This document shows, piece after piece, positions 31,301-41,012 of a stretch of DNA of 64,000 nt. This DNA comes from Polyangiales bacterium (lineage in GTDB: Bacteria > Myxococcota_A > Polyangia > Polyangiales > Polyangiaceae). How positions within the stretch are numbered: the first letter of the stretch is position 1; every line of letters begins with the position of its first letter. Position numbers and translations under genes: made by a program. The stretch lies in the NCBI GenBank assembly GCA_038231275.1, contig JBBRLQ010000018.1, positions 64,001 to 128,000 on the forward strand, written 5' to 3'. The notes beneath the pieces were generated by a model. The model searched no databases. It was given only the letters and a program-made list of their open reading frames with translations, and had not been told where the DNA came from.

Positions 31301-31483
31301 CTGCGGCGGCCGCTCGGCATCACGATCGTCGGCGGCTTGCTCGTGTCGCAGGCGCTGACGCTCTTCACGACGCCGGTGATTTACCTCGCGCTCGATCGCT
31401 TCACGAAGAAGACGCGCGCACACGAAGAACCCCCCGCAACCGACGCCGCGCCCGCCGGCGATCTCGCGTACAAGAACCCATGA
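28358..31483 (+). CDS. mdtC: RND efflux transporter (MdtC-like)
   Basis: Second RND paralog with FIKRPIATTLL, LPVSPLP and GFVVDDAIV; GTGA overlap. Confidence 0.9.
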   Translation: MSISSPFIKRPIATTLLAMAILIAGIAAYTQLPVSPLPAVAFPTISVSAALPGASPETMASSVATPLERRFGRIAGITEITSTSSLGNTQLTLQFDLGRDTDSAGRDVQAAIAAAGGELPPNMPFRPTYRKVNPSDTPILILALTSDTIPLAQVYDAANTVLAQKIAQVPGVGQVFIGGGQQPAVRVQADPVALAGIGLSLEDLRATIASSTIDAPKGSLVGASQAHSIGANDQLLGAAAFEKLLLPTAPGKGTVRLGDVADVFDDVENNRVAGWMNGTRSVTVIIRRQPDANILETSDRIRALLPSLMTSISPAIKVEVALNRTQTIRASVKDVEVTLGISVGLVIVVVFTFLRSVRSTAIPSVAVPLSLVGTFGVMYLLHYSVDNLSLMALTISTGFVVDDAIVVTENISRHIELGMSPRDAAFKGAREVGFTIVSITCSLLAVFIPILMMGGVVGRLFREFAVTLSVAVALSAVVSLTLTPMMCARMLRHDTGGHGRLYNASEWVFQGLLDAYARSLDWVLRHQFIMQIATLATVAATVWLFIIVPKGLFPQQDNGLLIGFSDAPQDVSFASMKARQSALNAALDGDPDVAHYVSFIGAGGFGGAGNTGTVFIDLRPRPPRKASADEVIARLRPKLAKVPGITLYMQAAQDVRVGGRFARTQYQYTVQDADLDELRLWAPKLFERLKKVPELKDVATDQQTAGLQLNVDIDRDSASRLGINPQMIDDTLYDAFGQRQVATTFTQANQYRVVLEVLPRYQQSPAALDSIFVKAANGSQTPLSGLTKISRGSVPLSVNHQGQFPSVTLSFNLALDKSLSDALAAVHKAERDIGLPGSVHASFSGTAQAFQDSLASQPMLIITALLAVYMVLGILYESYVHPITILSTLPSAGLGALLALLLFKVELSIIAIIGMILLIGIVKKNAIMMVDFAIEARRHGATAAEAIREACVLRFRPIMMTTAAALLGGLPLALGTGMGSELRRPLGITIVGGLLVSQALTLFTTPVIYLALDRFTKKTRAHEEPPATDAAPAGDLAYKNP

Positions 31484-31887
31484 ACGCCATCACCGCGCTG
31501 CTCGGCTTCACCGCATGGTCGCTGCTGCTCGTCGCCGGCGTGTTCCTCTACCGCGGCGTGCGATTCTTGCAGGGTGCACCCATCAACGGGTGGCCGCGCG
31601 GCGGCAAGAGCGCGTCCGATGCGCCCATCGTCAAGCGCCTCGAGGACGCCCACGCCAACTGCCTGGAGAACCTGCCGGTCTTCGCGGTGATCGTCCTGGC
31701 TGCTGCGGCGCTCGGAAAATTGCCGGTGATCGACGCCATCGCGCCGTTCGCGCTCTACGCCCGCGTAGGACAGTCGATCGCGCACCTCTCGGGAACGGGC
31801 AAGCCGAACGTCTTCGTCCGCGCGACCTTCTGGTTCGCGCAGCTCGGTCTCTTCGGGTTCATGCTGGTGAAGCTCTTCGGCGCGTGA
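31480..31887 (+). CDS. MAPEG family membrane protein
   Basis: [16 protein letters not shown] and R..Q...H pattern across four TM helices; ATGA overlap. Confidence 0.85.
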   Translation: MNAITALLGFTAWSLLLVAGVFLYRGVRFLQGAPINGWPRGGKSASDAPIVKRLEDAHANCLENLPVFAVIVLAAAALGKLPVIDAIAPFALYARVGQSIAHLSGTGKPNVFVRATFWFAQLGLFGFMLVKLFGA

Positions 31888-31975
31888 GTCGATTTCGAAC
31901 GGCGGGGACGCGGGCAGGTGCACCTCGCGAGGTTCATACGCCACGCTACGTGCGCGTAACCTCTGTGAGCTAGCG

Positions 31976-31991
31976 TGGTCCGGCACTTGCT
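31976..31991 (+). promoter_or_regulatory. Possible sigma-54 promoter of the phosphoesterase gene
   Basis: TGGTCCGGCACTTGCT = GG-N10-GC, about 20 nt before the start. Confidence 0.55.
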
Positions 31992-32011
31992 GTTCAGCGG
32001 CGCAGAGGTGC

Positions 32012-33478
32012 GTGATGAGGATGCGGCAGGTCGGCGGAGTCGCGGCGGGACTGCTCGCCCTGGCGGGCCTCACGCGCTGCGGTGGGAGCTCGAGCTCGGA
32101 CGCCGGTGGCGTCGCCGACGCGTCGGCCGAGGCGAGCTCCGATTCGGACGCCAATGCCTCGGGTGACGCTGCGGCAGGCGACGCAGGAACCGACGGACCC
32201 GGACCCGGCGGCGGCAAGATTCAGCACATCGTCATCATCATGCAGGAGAACCGCTCGTTCGATCACTACTTCGGCACCTTCCCCGGCGCAGAGGGCTTGC
32301 CGCTCGAGGCCGACGGCGGGTTCGCGCCGTGCCTGCCCGATCCGAACCTCGACGGCGGCGGGTGCGTGCGACCGTTTCATCTCACGACCGACAAGAACAG
32401 CGGCGGCCCGCACGGCGGCAAGAACGCGACCCTGTGCATCGGCGGCGGAAAAATGGACGGCTTCATCGCGAACGCGGAGACCGGCAAGAAAGGCTGCGCC
32501 GATCCGAACGATCCCAACTGCACCAACGGCGCGCTCCTCGACGTGATGGGCTTCCACACCGCCGCGGAGATCCCGAACTACTGGGCGTACGCCGAGAACT
32601 TCGTCCTCAACGATCACATGTTCCAACCGAACGCGTCGTGGAGCTTCCCGCAGCACCTCTACATGGTGAGCGGCTGGTCCGCGCTGTGCTCGACGCCCGG
32701 CGACCCGACCACGTGCAAGACCGAGCTGACCTCGCCCGGCAACGGCAAGCCTGCGGGTCCGAACAACGAGTACGCGTGGACGGACATCACCTACCTCCTC
32801 CACCACGCCGGCGTGACCTGGAAGTACTACCTCGGCGAGGGGGACGATCCGCATTGCAACGGCGACGCCGACGACTGTCAGCCGACGCAGATCGCCGCGA
32901 ACGTGCCGAGCATCTGGAACGTGCTGCCGGAGTTCGACACCGTGAAGGCGGACAACGAGGTCGGCAACGTCCAGGCGATCGACGCGTTCTACCAAGACGT
33001 CGCGATGGACACGCTGCCCAAGGTCTCGTGGATCGCGCCGGCGGGGATCGTGAGCGAGCACCCGTCGAACCTGGTGAGCAACGGTCAGGGATACGTGACG
33101 GCGCTCATCAACACGATCATGAAGAGCAAATCGTGGGGCTCCACGGTCATCTTCCTCTCGTGGGACGACTGGGGCGGCTTCTACGACCACGTGGCGCCGC
33201 CGAAGGTCGACGACGGTGGCTACGGCATTCGCGTGCCGGGGATCGTCATCAGCCCGTGGGCAAAGAAGGGCCACGTCGACAAGCAGGTGCTCAGCCACGA
33301 CGCGTACCTGAAGTTCATCGAGGACGTGTTCCTCGGCGGCGCGCGCCTCGACCCCAACACTGACGGTCGGAAGGACTCGCGACCGACGGTGCGCGAGAAC
33401 CTCCTCACGGGCGATCTCATGAACGATCTCGACTTCAACCAGGCGCCGCTGCCACCGCTGATTTTGCCGCTGAAGTAA
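32012..33478 (+). CDS. Phospholipase C/acid phosphatase (phosphoesterase family), secreted
   Basis: [39 protein letters not shown] and [12 protein letters not shown]. Confidence 0.93.
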   Translation: MMRMRQVGGVAAGLLALAGLTRCGGSSSSDAGGVADASAEASSDSDANASGDAAAGDAGTDGPGPGGGKIQHIVIIMQENRSFDHYFGTFPGAEGLPLEADGGFAPCLPDPNLDGGGCVRPFHLTTDKNSGGPHGGKNATLCIGGGKMDGFIANAETGKKGCADPNDPNCTNGALLDVMGFHTAAEIPNYWAYAENFVLNDHMFQPNASWSFPQHLYMVSGWSALCSTPGDPTTCKTELTSPGNGKPAGPNNEYAWTDITYLLHHAGVTWKYYLGEGDDPHCNGDADDCQPTQIAANVPSIWNVLPEFDTVKADNEVGNVQAIDAFYQDVAMDTLPKVSWIAPAGIVSEHPSNLVSNGQGYVTALINTIMKSKSWGSTVIFLSWDDWGGFYDHVAPPKVDDGGYGIRVPGIVISPWAKKGHVDKQVLSHDAYLKFIEDVFLGGARLDPNTDGRKDSRPTVRENLLTGDLMNDLDFNQAPLPPLILPLK

Positions 33479-33490
33479 GGCGGTTCTCCG

Positions 33491-34048
33491 TCAATCCCAC
33501 GTGAGGCAAGATCGTGCTGACGTGGGGAGCGGAGACCACATGGCGGCCGGCAGATCGCCGTCTGGACCGACATCGTCGATGTGACCGTCGTCCGCGACGT
33601 ACGCGGACATCGAGGCGATTGGGATCGGCTTGGGTGGCCGCGGAGGGGGGACCGCGCCGTAGTAGTGGAGCTCGAGTCGAAGCGGCTTGGGCGAGTCGTT
33701 GACGATCACCGTCTTGTGCCGGGCCGGCTCGAGCGATGCGCTATGCCCGTCCTGGAAGACGTACGAGCCGCCGAGGATCAAATGGCCACGCGTGATCGCG
33801 GCGGGACCTTGCGAGCCCTGCGGCACACTCTGGTCTCGCGGGTCTGGCATTCGAACGATCACGATCGGCGCTTCGAGGAGGTCCCCCCATAGCGCGGCCG
33901 CCACGCCAAGCAGCATTCCGAAGATGAGCGCGGCGCGTCGAACACCAGAACGAACGGAAAACGCGCGCCATACGATGCCAAGAGAGGCCGTCGTTGCGAG
34001 CGCCGCCCACGGAAGCGCGTCGAAGACGACGTCGGGAACGGTCACCAC
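33491..34048 (-). CDS. Hypothetical membrane protein
   Basis: Two N-terminal TM segments; starts 7 nt after the dnaJ stop. Confidence 0.55.
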   Translation of the reverse strand: MVTVPDVVFDALPWAALATTASLGIVWRAFSVRSGVRRAALIFGMLLGVAAALWGDLLEAPIVIVRMPDPRDQSVPQGSQGPAAITRGHLILGGSYVFQDGHSASLEPARHKTVIVNDSPKPLRLELHYYGAVPPPRPPKPIPIASMSAYVADDGHIDDVGPDGDLPAAMWSPLPTSARSCLTWD

Positions 34049-34055
34049 GCGGTCG

Positions 34056-35180
34056 CTATCCGAAGAGATCGCGCAGCTTCTCCATGAAGCCGCGGCGCTG
34101 GGGTTGAACGTCCTCGCCGAGCTCGCGCGCGAGCTCTTCGAGGAGCTCGCGCTGGCGGGCGGTGAGCTCGGTCGGAACCTCCACCGCGACCTCGACCCGC
34201 TGATCGCCGCGCCCGAGGCCCGCGCGGCGCGGGATTCCCTTGCCCTTGATGCGGAGCACGGTGCCCGGCTGCGTGCCGGCGGGGACCCTGAGCTTGCCCT
34301 TGCCGTCGAGCGTCGGCACCTCGACCTCCGAGCCGAGCGCGGCTTGCACGAAGGTGATGGGGACCTGGCAGAGGACGTCCTCTCCCATCCTCTTGAAGAA
34401 GGTGTGCGTGCGGACCTGGATGGTGATCTCGAGCTCGCCGGGCGCGCGATCGGGGCGGGGTTTGTTGCCGGCGGCGGCGACGAGGCGGGTGGCGCCGGGC
34501 TCGACGCCCGGCGGGATGGTGACGCTGAGCGTGTGCGTGCTCGTGACGAGCGCGCTGCCCTTGCACGCCTCGCAAGGCACCTTGACGATGCGCCCGGTGC
34601 CGCGGCATCGCGAGCACGTTCGCTCGACGGCGATAGGGAGCAGGCCCTGTTGGAAGCGCACGCGCCCGCGGCCGTTGCAGGCGCTGCACGTCTCGGGGCG
34701 ATGGCCTGGCGCCGAGCCGGTCGCGTGGCACTCGGCGCACGCGATGACGCGCTCGTATTTCAGCTCCTTTTCGCAGCCGAACGCGGCCTCTTCGAAGCTG
34801 ATCTCGAGATCGCGTTTCAGGTCCCCCTTGTCGCCGCGGCCGACGCCGAAGACGCCGAGGAGATCGCCGAGGATGCCGTCGATGTTGATGTCGCTCATGT
34901 CGACGACGCCGCCCGCGAACGGGCCGTTGGCACCGAACGGCGAGCCGGGCGCTTCCGCGCGGTGGCCGAGGCGGTCGTACATCGCGCGGCGCTGCGGGTC
35001 CGAGAGGACCTGGTAGCTGGCGTTGACCTCTTTGAAGCGGACCCCGGCCTTGGGATCGTCGGGGTTGCGGTCGGGGTGGTGCTGCGAGGCGAGCTTGCGG
35101 AAAGCCGCCTTGATCTCCTCGGGCGAGGCGCCTCGGGTGATCCCGAGCACGTCGTAGTGGTCGCGCTGCGGCGGCGGCAT
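34056..35180 (-). CDS. dnaJ: Chaperone DnaJ
   Basis: J-domain HPD, four CxxCxxxG-type zinc repeats (last one variant) and the C-terminal ALG..VEVPTLDG. Confidence 0.95.
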   Translation of the reverse strand: MPPPQRDHYDVLGITRGASPEEIKAAFRKLASQHHPDRNPDDPKAGVRFKEVNASYQVLSDPQRRAMYDRLGHRAEAPGSPFGANGPFAGGVVDMSDINIDGILGDLLGVFGVGRGDKGDLKRDLEISFEEAAFGCEKELKYERVIACAECHATGSAPGHRPETCSACNGRGRVRFQQGLLPIAVERTCSRCRGTGRIVKVPCEACKGSALVTSTHTLSVTIPPGVEPGATRLVAAAGNKPRPDRAPGELEITIQVRTHTFFKRMGEDVLCQVPITFVQAALGSEVEVPTLDGKGKLRVPAGTQPGTVLRIKGKGIPRRAGLGRGDQRVEVAVEVPTELTARQRELLEELARELGEDVQPQRRGFMEKLRDLFG

Positions 35181-35275
35181 CTCCCCCTGCGGAGTAGCAC
35201 ATCTGCCCTCCCGGCGTGCGCCGGGGCGTGCTATTCGAACCGCTCCCCGTTTTCGGCCTGGTGCAGGTCCCCCTG

Positions 35276-36028
35276 ATGTCGATCCCGTCGAACTTCACCC
35301 GTCTCCCCGCCGCCGATCAGCGCGCCCTCCTTCGCGCGATCATCACGCGCTGTACGCCGGACCGCGGCGGCCCGACGCCGGTGATCGTGTTCGATCTCGA
35401 CGGCACGCTGATGGACAACCGGCCCCGCACCGCCGCCATCCTGCATGAGTTCGCGGCGACGCTGCCGACCCATGACGAGGTGCGCACGCGCCTCGCGGCG
35501 ACGAAGGCCGACGAGCTCGCGTACCTCCTGACCGATTCGCTCGGCCGCCTCGGCGTCACGCGCACGGAGCTCGTCGCCGCGGCGGAGGCGTTCTGGCGCG
35601 AGCGCTTCTTCGCCGACGAGCACCTCCGCCACGACGTAGAGGTCCCGGGCGCCGTCGCGTTCGCGCGCGCCTGCTACGAGGCGGGGGCCGTCCTCGTGTA
35701 CATGACCGGCCGCGATTTGCCGCTGATGGGGCTCGGATCGTTCCGGAGCCTCCGCGATCTCGGCTTCCCGATCGGCGTGCCCGGCACCGAGCTCGTGCTG
35801 AAGCCCGACGCGAACATCCCCGACGAGGCCTACAAGCGCATCGAGGGCCCGAAGCTCTCGCGCGTCGGGCGCGTCGTCGCGGTGTTCGACAACGAGCCGG
35901 CGAACTGCAACGCGCTCCTCGAGATGCATCCCGAGTGCGTCAGCGTGCTGCTCGACACGCAGCACCTCCCGGGCGCGCCGCCGCTCCATCCCGACGTGAA
36001 GGTCATCGGCGACTTCGTGATGTCATGA
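35276..36028 (+). CDS. HAD-superfamily hydrolase
   Basis: VFDLDGTL motif I, MTGR motif II, K and FDNE motif IV. Confidence 0.85.
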   Translation: MSIPSNFTRLPAADQRALLRAIITRCTPDRGGPTPVIVFDLDGTLMDNRPRTAAILHEFAATLPTHDEVRTRLAATKADELAYLLTDSLGRLGVTRTELVAAAEAFWRERFFADEHLRHDVEVPGAVAFARACYEAGAVLVYMTGRDLPLMGLGSFRSLRDLGFPIGVPGTELVLKPDANIPDEAYKRIEGPKLSRVGRVVAVFDNEPANCNALLEMHPECVSVLLDTQHLPGAPPLHPDVKVIGDFVMS

Positions 36029-37278
36029 CGGAGCGCGCCGTCGTGGCGGCGAGCCTCGTCTTTTGCGCGGCGTGCGCGGTCGCCTTGGGCGGGTGCTCAC
36101 GGAGCAGCGGGGCGCTCGACGTGCCCGACGCGCTCGCGAGCCCCCAAGCCAAGGCCGTCCCTGCGCAGCTCGCCGCGATGCCGCAGTTGTCGCCGAGCGG
36201 CGCGCTCCCGCTCAGCCTCGACGCGGGGCCGCCGCCCGTTCCGCTGCGTGGAGACGTCGCGGCGGCGGGCGACTCGGTCGGCACCAAGGAGGTCGTCGGC
36301 TACACGATGCACGCCGTCTTTCGCGCCGGCGATCTGCCGCCTGCGTCGAAGGGACCGGAGGTGAGCCAAGCCGGTCTCGAGGCGGCGAGGCGAAAGACCG
36401 AGCCGCGGATGACGATCGATCTGTCGGCGACGCGCGCGCGCATCGTCCTCGGAAACGGCTTCGTCCTGCCTGCGGAGAGCGAGCTCCGCGCGCGCGTCGA
36501 TCGGTACGGCTTCTTGTTGATGGCCCCCGGTGGCGGCGCGTATCGGAACGCGGCGCCCGGCAGCCTCCGCGCGCTCCTCGGCGAACGCCGCCTCGACGTC
36601 GCGCCGCTCTCGCCCGCCGACGTCGCGCCGCGCGGCGAGGGACCACGCCTCGTCGGATACCGCACGCGCCGCGTCGAGATCGTGACACGCGCCGCGAACG
36701 CGACGATCGAGATCGCGCACGTCCCGGACGCAGGCGATGGCGGATCGCTCCTCTGCCGTGCGCTGCTGGACCTCGTCAACGCGCCGCCGTCGACGCCGCT
36801 CTGCGGCTGGGAGGACGTGCCGCTGCACGCCGAGCTGCGCTGGACCACGCGCGGCGCGCTCGGATTCGAGGTCACGAGCATCACGCGCCACACCGATCTG
36901 TCGCCGCTGGTGCTCGCCGCGCCGCCCGCGACAGCTGCATTTTTGCCGACGCCGCCGCCGCCGAGCGCGGGCGAGGCGCTCCTGGGGCAGAACGATCTCG
37001 CGGCGCTCCGAACGCAACCGGTCGAGGTGCCGGATGCAGGCGCGGACGCGGCGCTGGGGCTCGTGCTCATCAACTCGACCGACGAGCTGCGCGTCGCGTG
37101 GCTCGACGGCGTGCCGGTGGCGTGGGTCGGCCCCGGCGCGCGCCTCGCGATCCCCGGCCTCGTGCGCGGCCGCTACACGCTCGCGTGGCGGACCTTCCTG
37201 GGAGACGTGCTCGAGCCGCCGCAGCCGATCACCATCCCTGGCACGAACCGCGTCGGCCCGGAGGATGGCGGCCTGTAG
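36025..37278 (+). CDS. Hypothetical lipoprotein
   Basis: Lipobox LGGC; ATGA overlap with the HAD gene. Confidence 0.7.
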   Translation: MTERAVVAASLVFCAACAVALGGCSRSSGALDVPDALASPQAKAVPAQLAAMPQLSPSGALPLSLDAGPPPVPLRGDVAAAGDSVGTKEVVGYTMHAVFRAGDLPPASKGPEVSQAGLEAARRKTEPRMTIDLSATRARIVLGNGFVLPAESELRARVDRYGFLLMAPGGGAYRNAAPGSLRALLGERRLDVAPLSPADVAPRGEGPRLVGYRTRRVEIVTRAANATIEIAHVPDAGDGGSLLCRALLDLVNAPPSTPLCGWEDVPLHAELRWTTRGALGFEVTSITRHTDLSPLVLAAPPATAAFLPTPPPPSAGEALLGQNDLAALRTQPVEVPDAGADAALGLVLINSTDELRVAWLDGVPVAWVGPGARLAIPGLVRGRYTLAWRTFLGDVLEPPQPITIPGTNRVGPEDGGL

Positions 37279-37284
37279 TCGCGT

Positions 37285-37935
37285 TTACGCTGCCGCCGAC
37301 TGCGGCTTGAAGAGCGGTCCGCCCATCGGAAAAATCGCGCGACCCGCGGCGCCGTTCAGCAGGATGGCGAGCGCGATGTAGAGCGCGATGCCTCCGAGCG
37401 CGATGGTCGCCAGCCCTACGCCGAACGCCAACGTCGGCCCCGCGGACGGCACGAAATGGCGCGCGATGCGCAGTAGGTAGAGCAGATCGATGTCGAGCAG
37501 GAACACGAAGAGGAGCTTCGAGAAGAAGCCGAACGCGTACGTCAGCACGACGAAGATCACGATGAACGCGAAGTCGACGCTGAGGCCCACCATCGGATCG
37601 GGGATTTTTCCCTGCGACAGCTGGTCGAGCACCCACCAGTTCATCACCCAGTTGAACGAGAACGTCGTCAGCAGCGTCCCGCCCAGCGTGTTCTTGTTCG
37701 CGAGCGACATCATCCCCGCGAGGAACTGGCAGCCGGCGCCGAAGAGCAGACAGAACCACGAGGCGCTGCGGAACATCGACGCGGCCGCCACCGGATCGCG
37801 CGGGATCATCCCGAACGCGATCGGCACGAGCGCGCCGCAGCCGATGGCGAGGCCGAGGAGACCGAGCGGCGTCGGCTCCCCGAAGACCGGCGGCGAAGGT
37901 GCGGAGACCGCGTGACCGTTGGGGCTGGGTTCCAT
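37285..37935 (-). CDS. SatP/YaaH (GPR1/FUN34) acetate channel
   Basis: GEPTPLGL, FGAGCQFLAG, NTLGGTLLTTFSFNW; six TM helices. Confidence 0.85.
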   Translation of the reverse strand: MEPSPNGHAVSAPSPPVFGEPTPLGLLGLAIGCGALVPIAFGMIPRDPVAAASMFRSASWFCLLFGAGCQFLAGMMSLANKNTLGGTLLTTFSFNWVMNWWVLDQLSQGKIPDPMVGLSVDFAFIVIFVVLTYAFGFFSKLLFVFLLDIDLLYLLRIARHFVPSAGPTLAFGVGLATIALGGIALYIALAILLNGAAGRAIFPMGGPLFKPQSAAA

Positions 37936-37975
37936 GGCGCCCTTATCGCAAACCGCGGGCCCTGCCGCACGCCCC

Positions 37976-38007
37976 AAAGTTGTACTACAAATTGGTAATA
38001 CAACTTT
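37976..38007. promoter_or_regulatory. AT-rich imperfect palindrome, probable operator (or terminator of the pilT-like gene)
   Basis: AAAGTTGTACTAC-AAATTG-GTAATACAACTTT, 12 of 13 bp paired, upstream of the SatP-like gene. Confidence 0.6.
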
Positions 38008-38010
38008 TGT

Positions 38011-39576
38011 TCAGGCGCGTGTGTACGACTCGAACGACGCAAGATCGTTGACGAACCCGCGCGCTACATCGACGGTGACAGCGCCCTCCTTGATCATGTT
38101 CGCGAGGCAGCGCTCGAGCGGCAGCATGCCCTCGCGCCGGCTCGACTGGAGGATGCTCGGGATCTGCGCGGTCTTGCCTTCGCGTACGGCGGTGGCGACG
38201 GCGTGCGTGCCTCGCAAGATTTCGAGAGCGGGAATCCTACCGCCTCCTCGCGCACGCGGGAGGAGACGCTGCGCGACGATCGCCCGAAGCGCGTCGGCGA
38301 GCTGGACGCGGATTTGCCCCTGACGCTCCGGTGGATACGTGTCGACGATTCGCTCGACGGCCGAACCGGTGCTGCGGCTGTGGAGGCTCGTGAGGACGAG
38401 GTGTCCCGTCTCCGCCGCCGTCAGCGCCAGCGAGATCGTCTCCGGATCGCGCATCTCGCCGACGACGAGCACGTCGGGATCTTCGCGCAGCGCGTCGCGG
38501 AGCCCCGTCGCGAAATCCTTCACGTCGCGCCCGATCTGCCGCTGACGCACGAGTGAGCTTTCCCCATGCGCGGCGAGGACGTACTCGATCGGATCCTCGA
38601 GCGTGACGAGGACCGTCGAGCGTCGCCGCAGCACCTCTTGTGCGAGAGCCGCCAGAGTCGTCGATTTGCCGGAGCCCGTTGGGCCGCACACGATGACGAG
38701 CCCGTGCGGGAGCTGGACGAGATCGTCGAGCGGCACGGGCAGATCGAGGCCGGAGAGCTGCGGCGGTCGTCCCGGCAAAATGCGGATCGCCGCCGCCACA
38801 CCGTTCGCCGAGCGATACACGTTCGCGCGAAAGCGCCCCGCATCCTGCACGTCGAACGCGAAATCGACGGACGCGCCCGCCGCAAGCCGCGCGCGCGCGT
38901 TCGCGTCGAGGTGACCCGCTAGGAGCTGCTCGGTGTCGATTGGGGCGTCGTGGATCGTGCGAAGGCGTCCATCGATGCGGGCGCGAACGGGCTCGCCCGT
39001 ACAGAGATGCACGTCGCTGGCGCGGAGGGCGGCAGCGCGCGAAAGAAGCTCCGCGAGCTCGGAGGACGTCGTCGCGGGAGGCTCGAAGTCGGCTGTGATC
39101 GCGGTCGGCGTCGGGGTCGGGGTCGGGGTCGCGGTCGGGGTCGGGGTCGCGGTCGGGGTCGGGGTCGCGGTCGCGGTCGCGGTCGCGGTCGCGCCGGTGA
39201 ACGGAGCCGGCTCGCGGCGGCGTGCCGACGCGGCAAAGATCACGTCGAAGCCCGATGCGCCTGCACGCGGGACCACCGCCACGTGAAACGAGCCGAGGGG
39301 ACCGGCGTCGTACGTCAGCTCGACGCGACGGCCTGCCCGCAGCTCCTCCTCCCGTTCGGGCGTGAGCAGCCCGCCCATGAGATGGCGCAGCTCGTCGTCG
39401 CTCGTCTCCGGCACGGCGAGCTTCTTCTGCGCGCCATGATGAAACATCCGCGGCGCGCGCCCGGTGCCGAGGCGCAGCTCCGTCGCGCCTTGTTGGGCGA
39501 GGATCCCGAGAAGCCCATCGACCGGTACGCGCAACGCCTTGCCTCCGTCGCGGGGTGAACCCGCCGCGCTCGTCAC
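38011..39576 (-). CDS. PilT/PilU-family ATPase with duplicated N-terminal domain
   Basis: GPTGSGKST, EDPIE, LREDPDVLVVGEMRD and AAETGHLVLTSLH; extra N-domain copy joined by an (AT/PT)n linker. Confidence 0.92.
   Translation of the reverse strand: MTSAAGSPRDGGKALRVPVDGLLGILAQQGATELRLGTGRAPRMFHHGAQKKLAVPETSDDELRHLMGGLLTPEREEELRAGRRVELTYDAGPLGSFHVAVVPRAGASGFDVIFAASARRREPAPFTGATATATATATPTPTATPTPTATPTPTPTPTAITADFEPPATTSSELAELLSRAAALRASDVHLCTGEPVRARIDGRLRTIHDAPIDTEQLLAGHLDANARARLAAGASVDFAFDVQDAGRFRANVYRSANGVAAAIRILPGRPPQLSGLDLPVPLDDLVQLPHGLVIVCGPTGSGKSTTLAALAQEVLRRRSTVLVTLEDPIEYVLAAHGESSLVRQRQIGRDVKDFATGLRDALREDPDVLVVGEMRDPETISLALTAAETGHLVLTSLHSRSTGSAVERIVDTYPPERQGQIRVQLADALRAIVAQRLLPRARGGGRIPALEILRGTHAVATAVREGKTAQIPSILQSSRREGMLPLERCLANMIKEGAVTVDVARGFVNDLASFESYTRA
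39100..39192 (-). repeat. Thr-Ala/Thr-Pro coding tandem repeat
   Basis: (GCGGTC/GGGGTC)n on + encoding ATATAT...PTPTP. Confidence 0.85.
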
Positions 39577-40187
39577 TTCTTCCGGTAATCCTCGCCGCCG
39601 AACGTCACGTCCTCGTGCCCGTCGGCGATCATCTTGCCCCGGAGCGCGTCGAACGCCAGCGACACGACGTCGTAGCGCGTCGACGGGAGGAAATACTCGT
39701 CCTCTTCCAGCTCACCGAGCGCGGCGAGGCGCCGATCGATCTCGTCCTTCTCGGCGTCGTCCATCTCGAGGTGAGCGTGCCACCCGTCTTGCTCCTCCAA
39801 GAGGAGCGCCTCGCGCGCCATCCCTAGCGGGTTGAACGTGAGGAACACGCGCGTCATGTCGAGCCGCCACCCGTCGTGGTCGCCCTCCGCGAACCACACC
39901 CCGCCGAACGCGCGCCGCATCACCTCGCCGAGGTATGCGCCCGTCGTCGCAGCGAGCAGATCGAGCGCCTCCGGCTTCGCCTTGATGTCGGCGCGCGCGT
40001 CCTTCACGTACTGATCGAGCAGGCTGAGGGTGTCGCCGGTGCCGTCCAGAGGCACTTTGTACTTCGACAAGACGAACCGCGCGCACGACGCCGCGAGCTC
40101 CGCGACCCGCTCGGGGGCGGGCTCCCACACCGTCTCTTCGTCCGCCGCGTCCGGGAAATGGGACGTCTTGCCGTTGGATTCACTCAT
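39573..40187 (-). CDS. Hypothetical cytoplasmic protein coupled to the pilT-like gene
   Basis: Acidic globular protein (GAYLGEVMRRAFGGVW); its stop overlaps the pilT-like GTG. Confidence 0.75.
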   Translation of the reverse strand: MSESNGKTSHFPDAADEETVWEPAPERVAELAASCARFVLSKYKVPLDGTGDTLSLLDQYVKDARADIKAKPEALDLLAATTGAYLGEVMRRAFGGVWFAEGDHDGWRLDMTRVFLTFNPLGMAREALLLEEQDGWHAHLEMDDAEKDEIDRRLAALGELEEDEYFLPSTRYDVVSLAFDALRGKMIADGHEDVTFGGEDYRKK

Positions 40188-40274
40188 GATGGCCCTGCTT
40201 TACACGAGAGATCGCGTTAGATCTTCACGCAGCTAGATTCGAACGCAATTTGTGCATAAATTCGATGATCCAAC

Positions 40275-41012
40275 ATGCGCCTTGGGATCCTCAGCGACAT
40301 CCACGCAAACTTCGAAGCGCTCAGCGCGGTCCTCGAGGCCTACCGCACAGCGAACGTCGATGTTTATTACTGCCTCGGTGACACCGTGGGCTACGGCGGC
40401 TCGCCCAACGAGTGTTGCGATCTCATTCGCGACCTCTGCAAGACGACCATCCTCGGCAACCACGACGCCGCGGTGAGCGGGCGTATGGACTACTCGTATT
40501 ACTACGAGGCCGCGCGCCACGCGCTCGACGTCCACGCCGCGATGATCAGCGCCGAGAACATGGCGTGGCTGAAGGGCCTGCCGTACCAGGAGATGTTGAC
40601 CGAGATCAACGTGCTCCTCTGCCACGGCTCGCCCGTGCGACTCGAGGAGTTTGAGTACATCTTCGCGCCCGAGCAAGCGCGCGAGTGCTTGCCGCTCTGG
40701 GACAAGCTCGGTCACATCACGCTCATCGGGCACTCGCACCTCTGCAAGGTGTTCGCGCTCTCCAAGACGAGCGTAGAAGAGCTGCCGGCCACGGACTTCG
40801 AGCTCGACGACGACAAGAAGTACATCGTCTCGGTCGGCTCGGTCGGCCAGCCGCGCGACTTCGACAACCGCGCGAGCTACACGGTCTACGACTCGGACAA
40901 GCGCCGCTTCGAGTTCAAGCGGATCGAGTACGACATCGAGCTCAGCGCGGACAAGGTCCTGCGCGCGCGCCTCGAGCGGAACTTCGCGCACCGGCTCTTC
41001 ATCGGCGTCTGA
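40275..41012 (+). CDS. Calcineurin-like metallophosphoesterase
   Basis: SDIHAN, LGDTVGYG, GNHD, HGSP, GHSH and GSVGQPRD. Confidence 0.95.
   Translation: MRLGILSDIHANFEALSAVLEAYRTANVDVYYCLGDTVGYGGSPNECCDLIRDLCKTTILGNHDAAVSGRMDYSYYYEAARHALDVHAAMISAENMAWLKGLPYQEMLTEINVLLCHGSPVRLEEFEYIFAPEQARECLPLWDKLGHITLIGHSHLCKVFALSKTSVEELPATDFELDDDKKYIVSVGSVGQPRDFDNRASYTVYDSDKRRFEFKRIEYDIELSADKVLRARLERNFAHRLFIGV

Noticed and set aside
25227..31483. DNA-level similarity between two ~3-kb blocks suggesting recent duplication or misassembly
   Set aside because: Normal MdtB/MdtC paralogy with substantial divergence.
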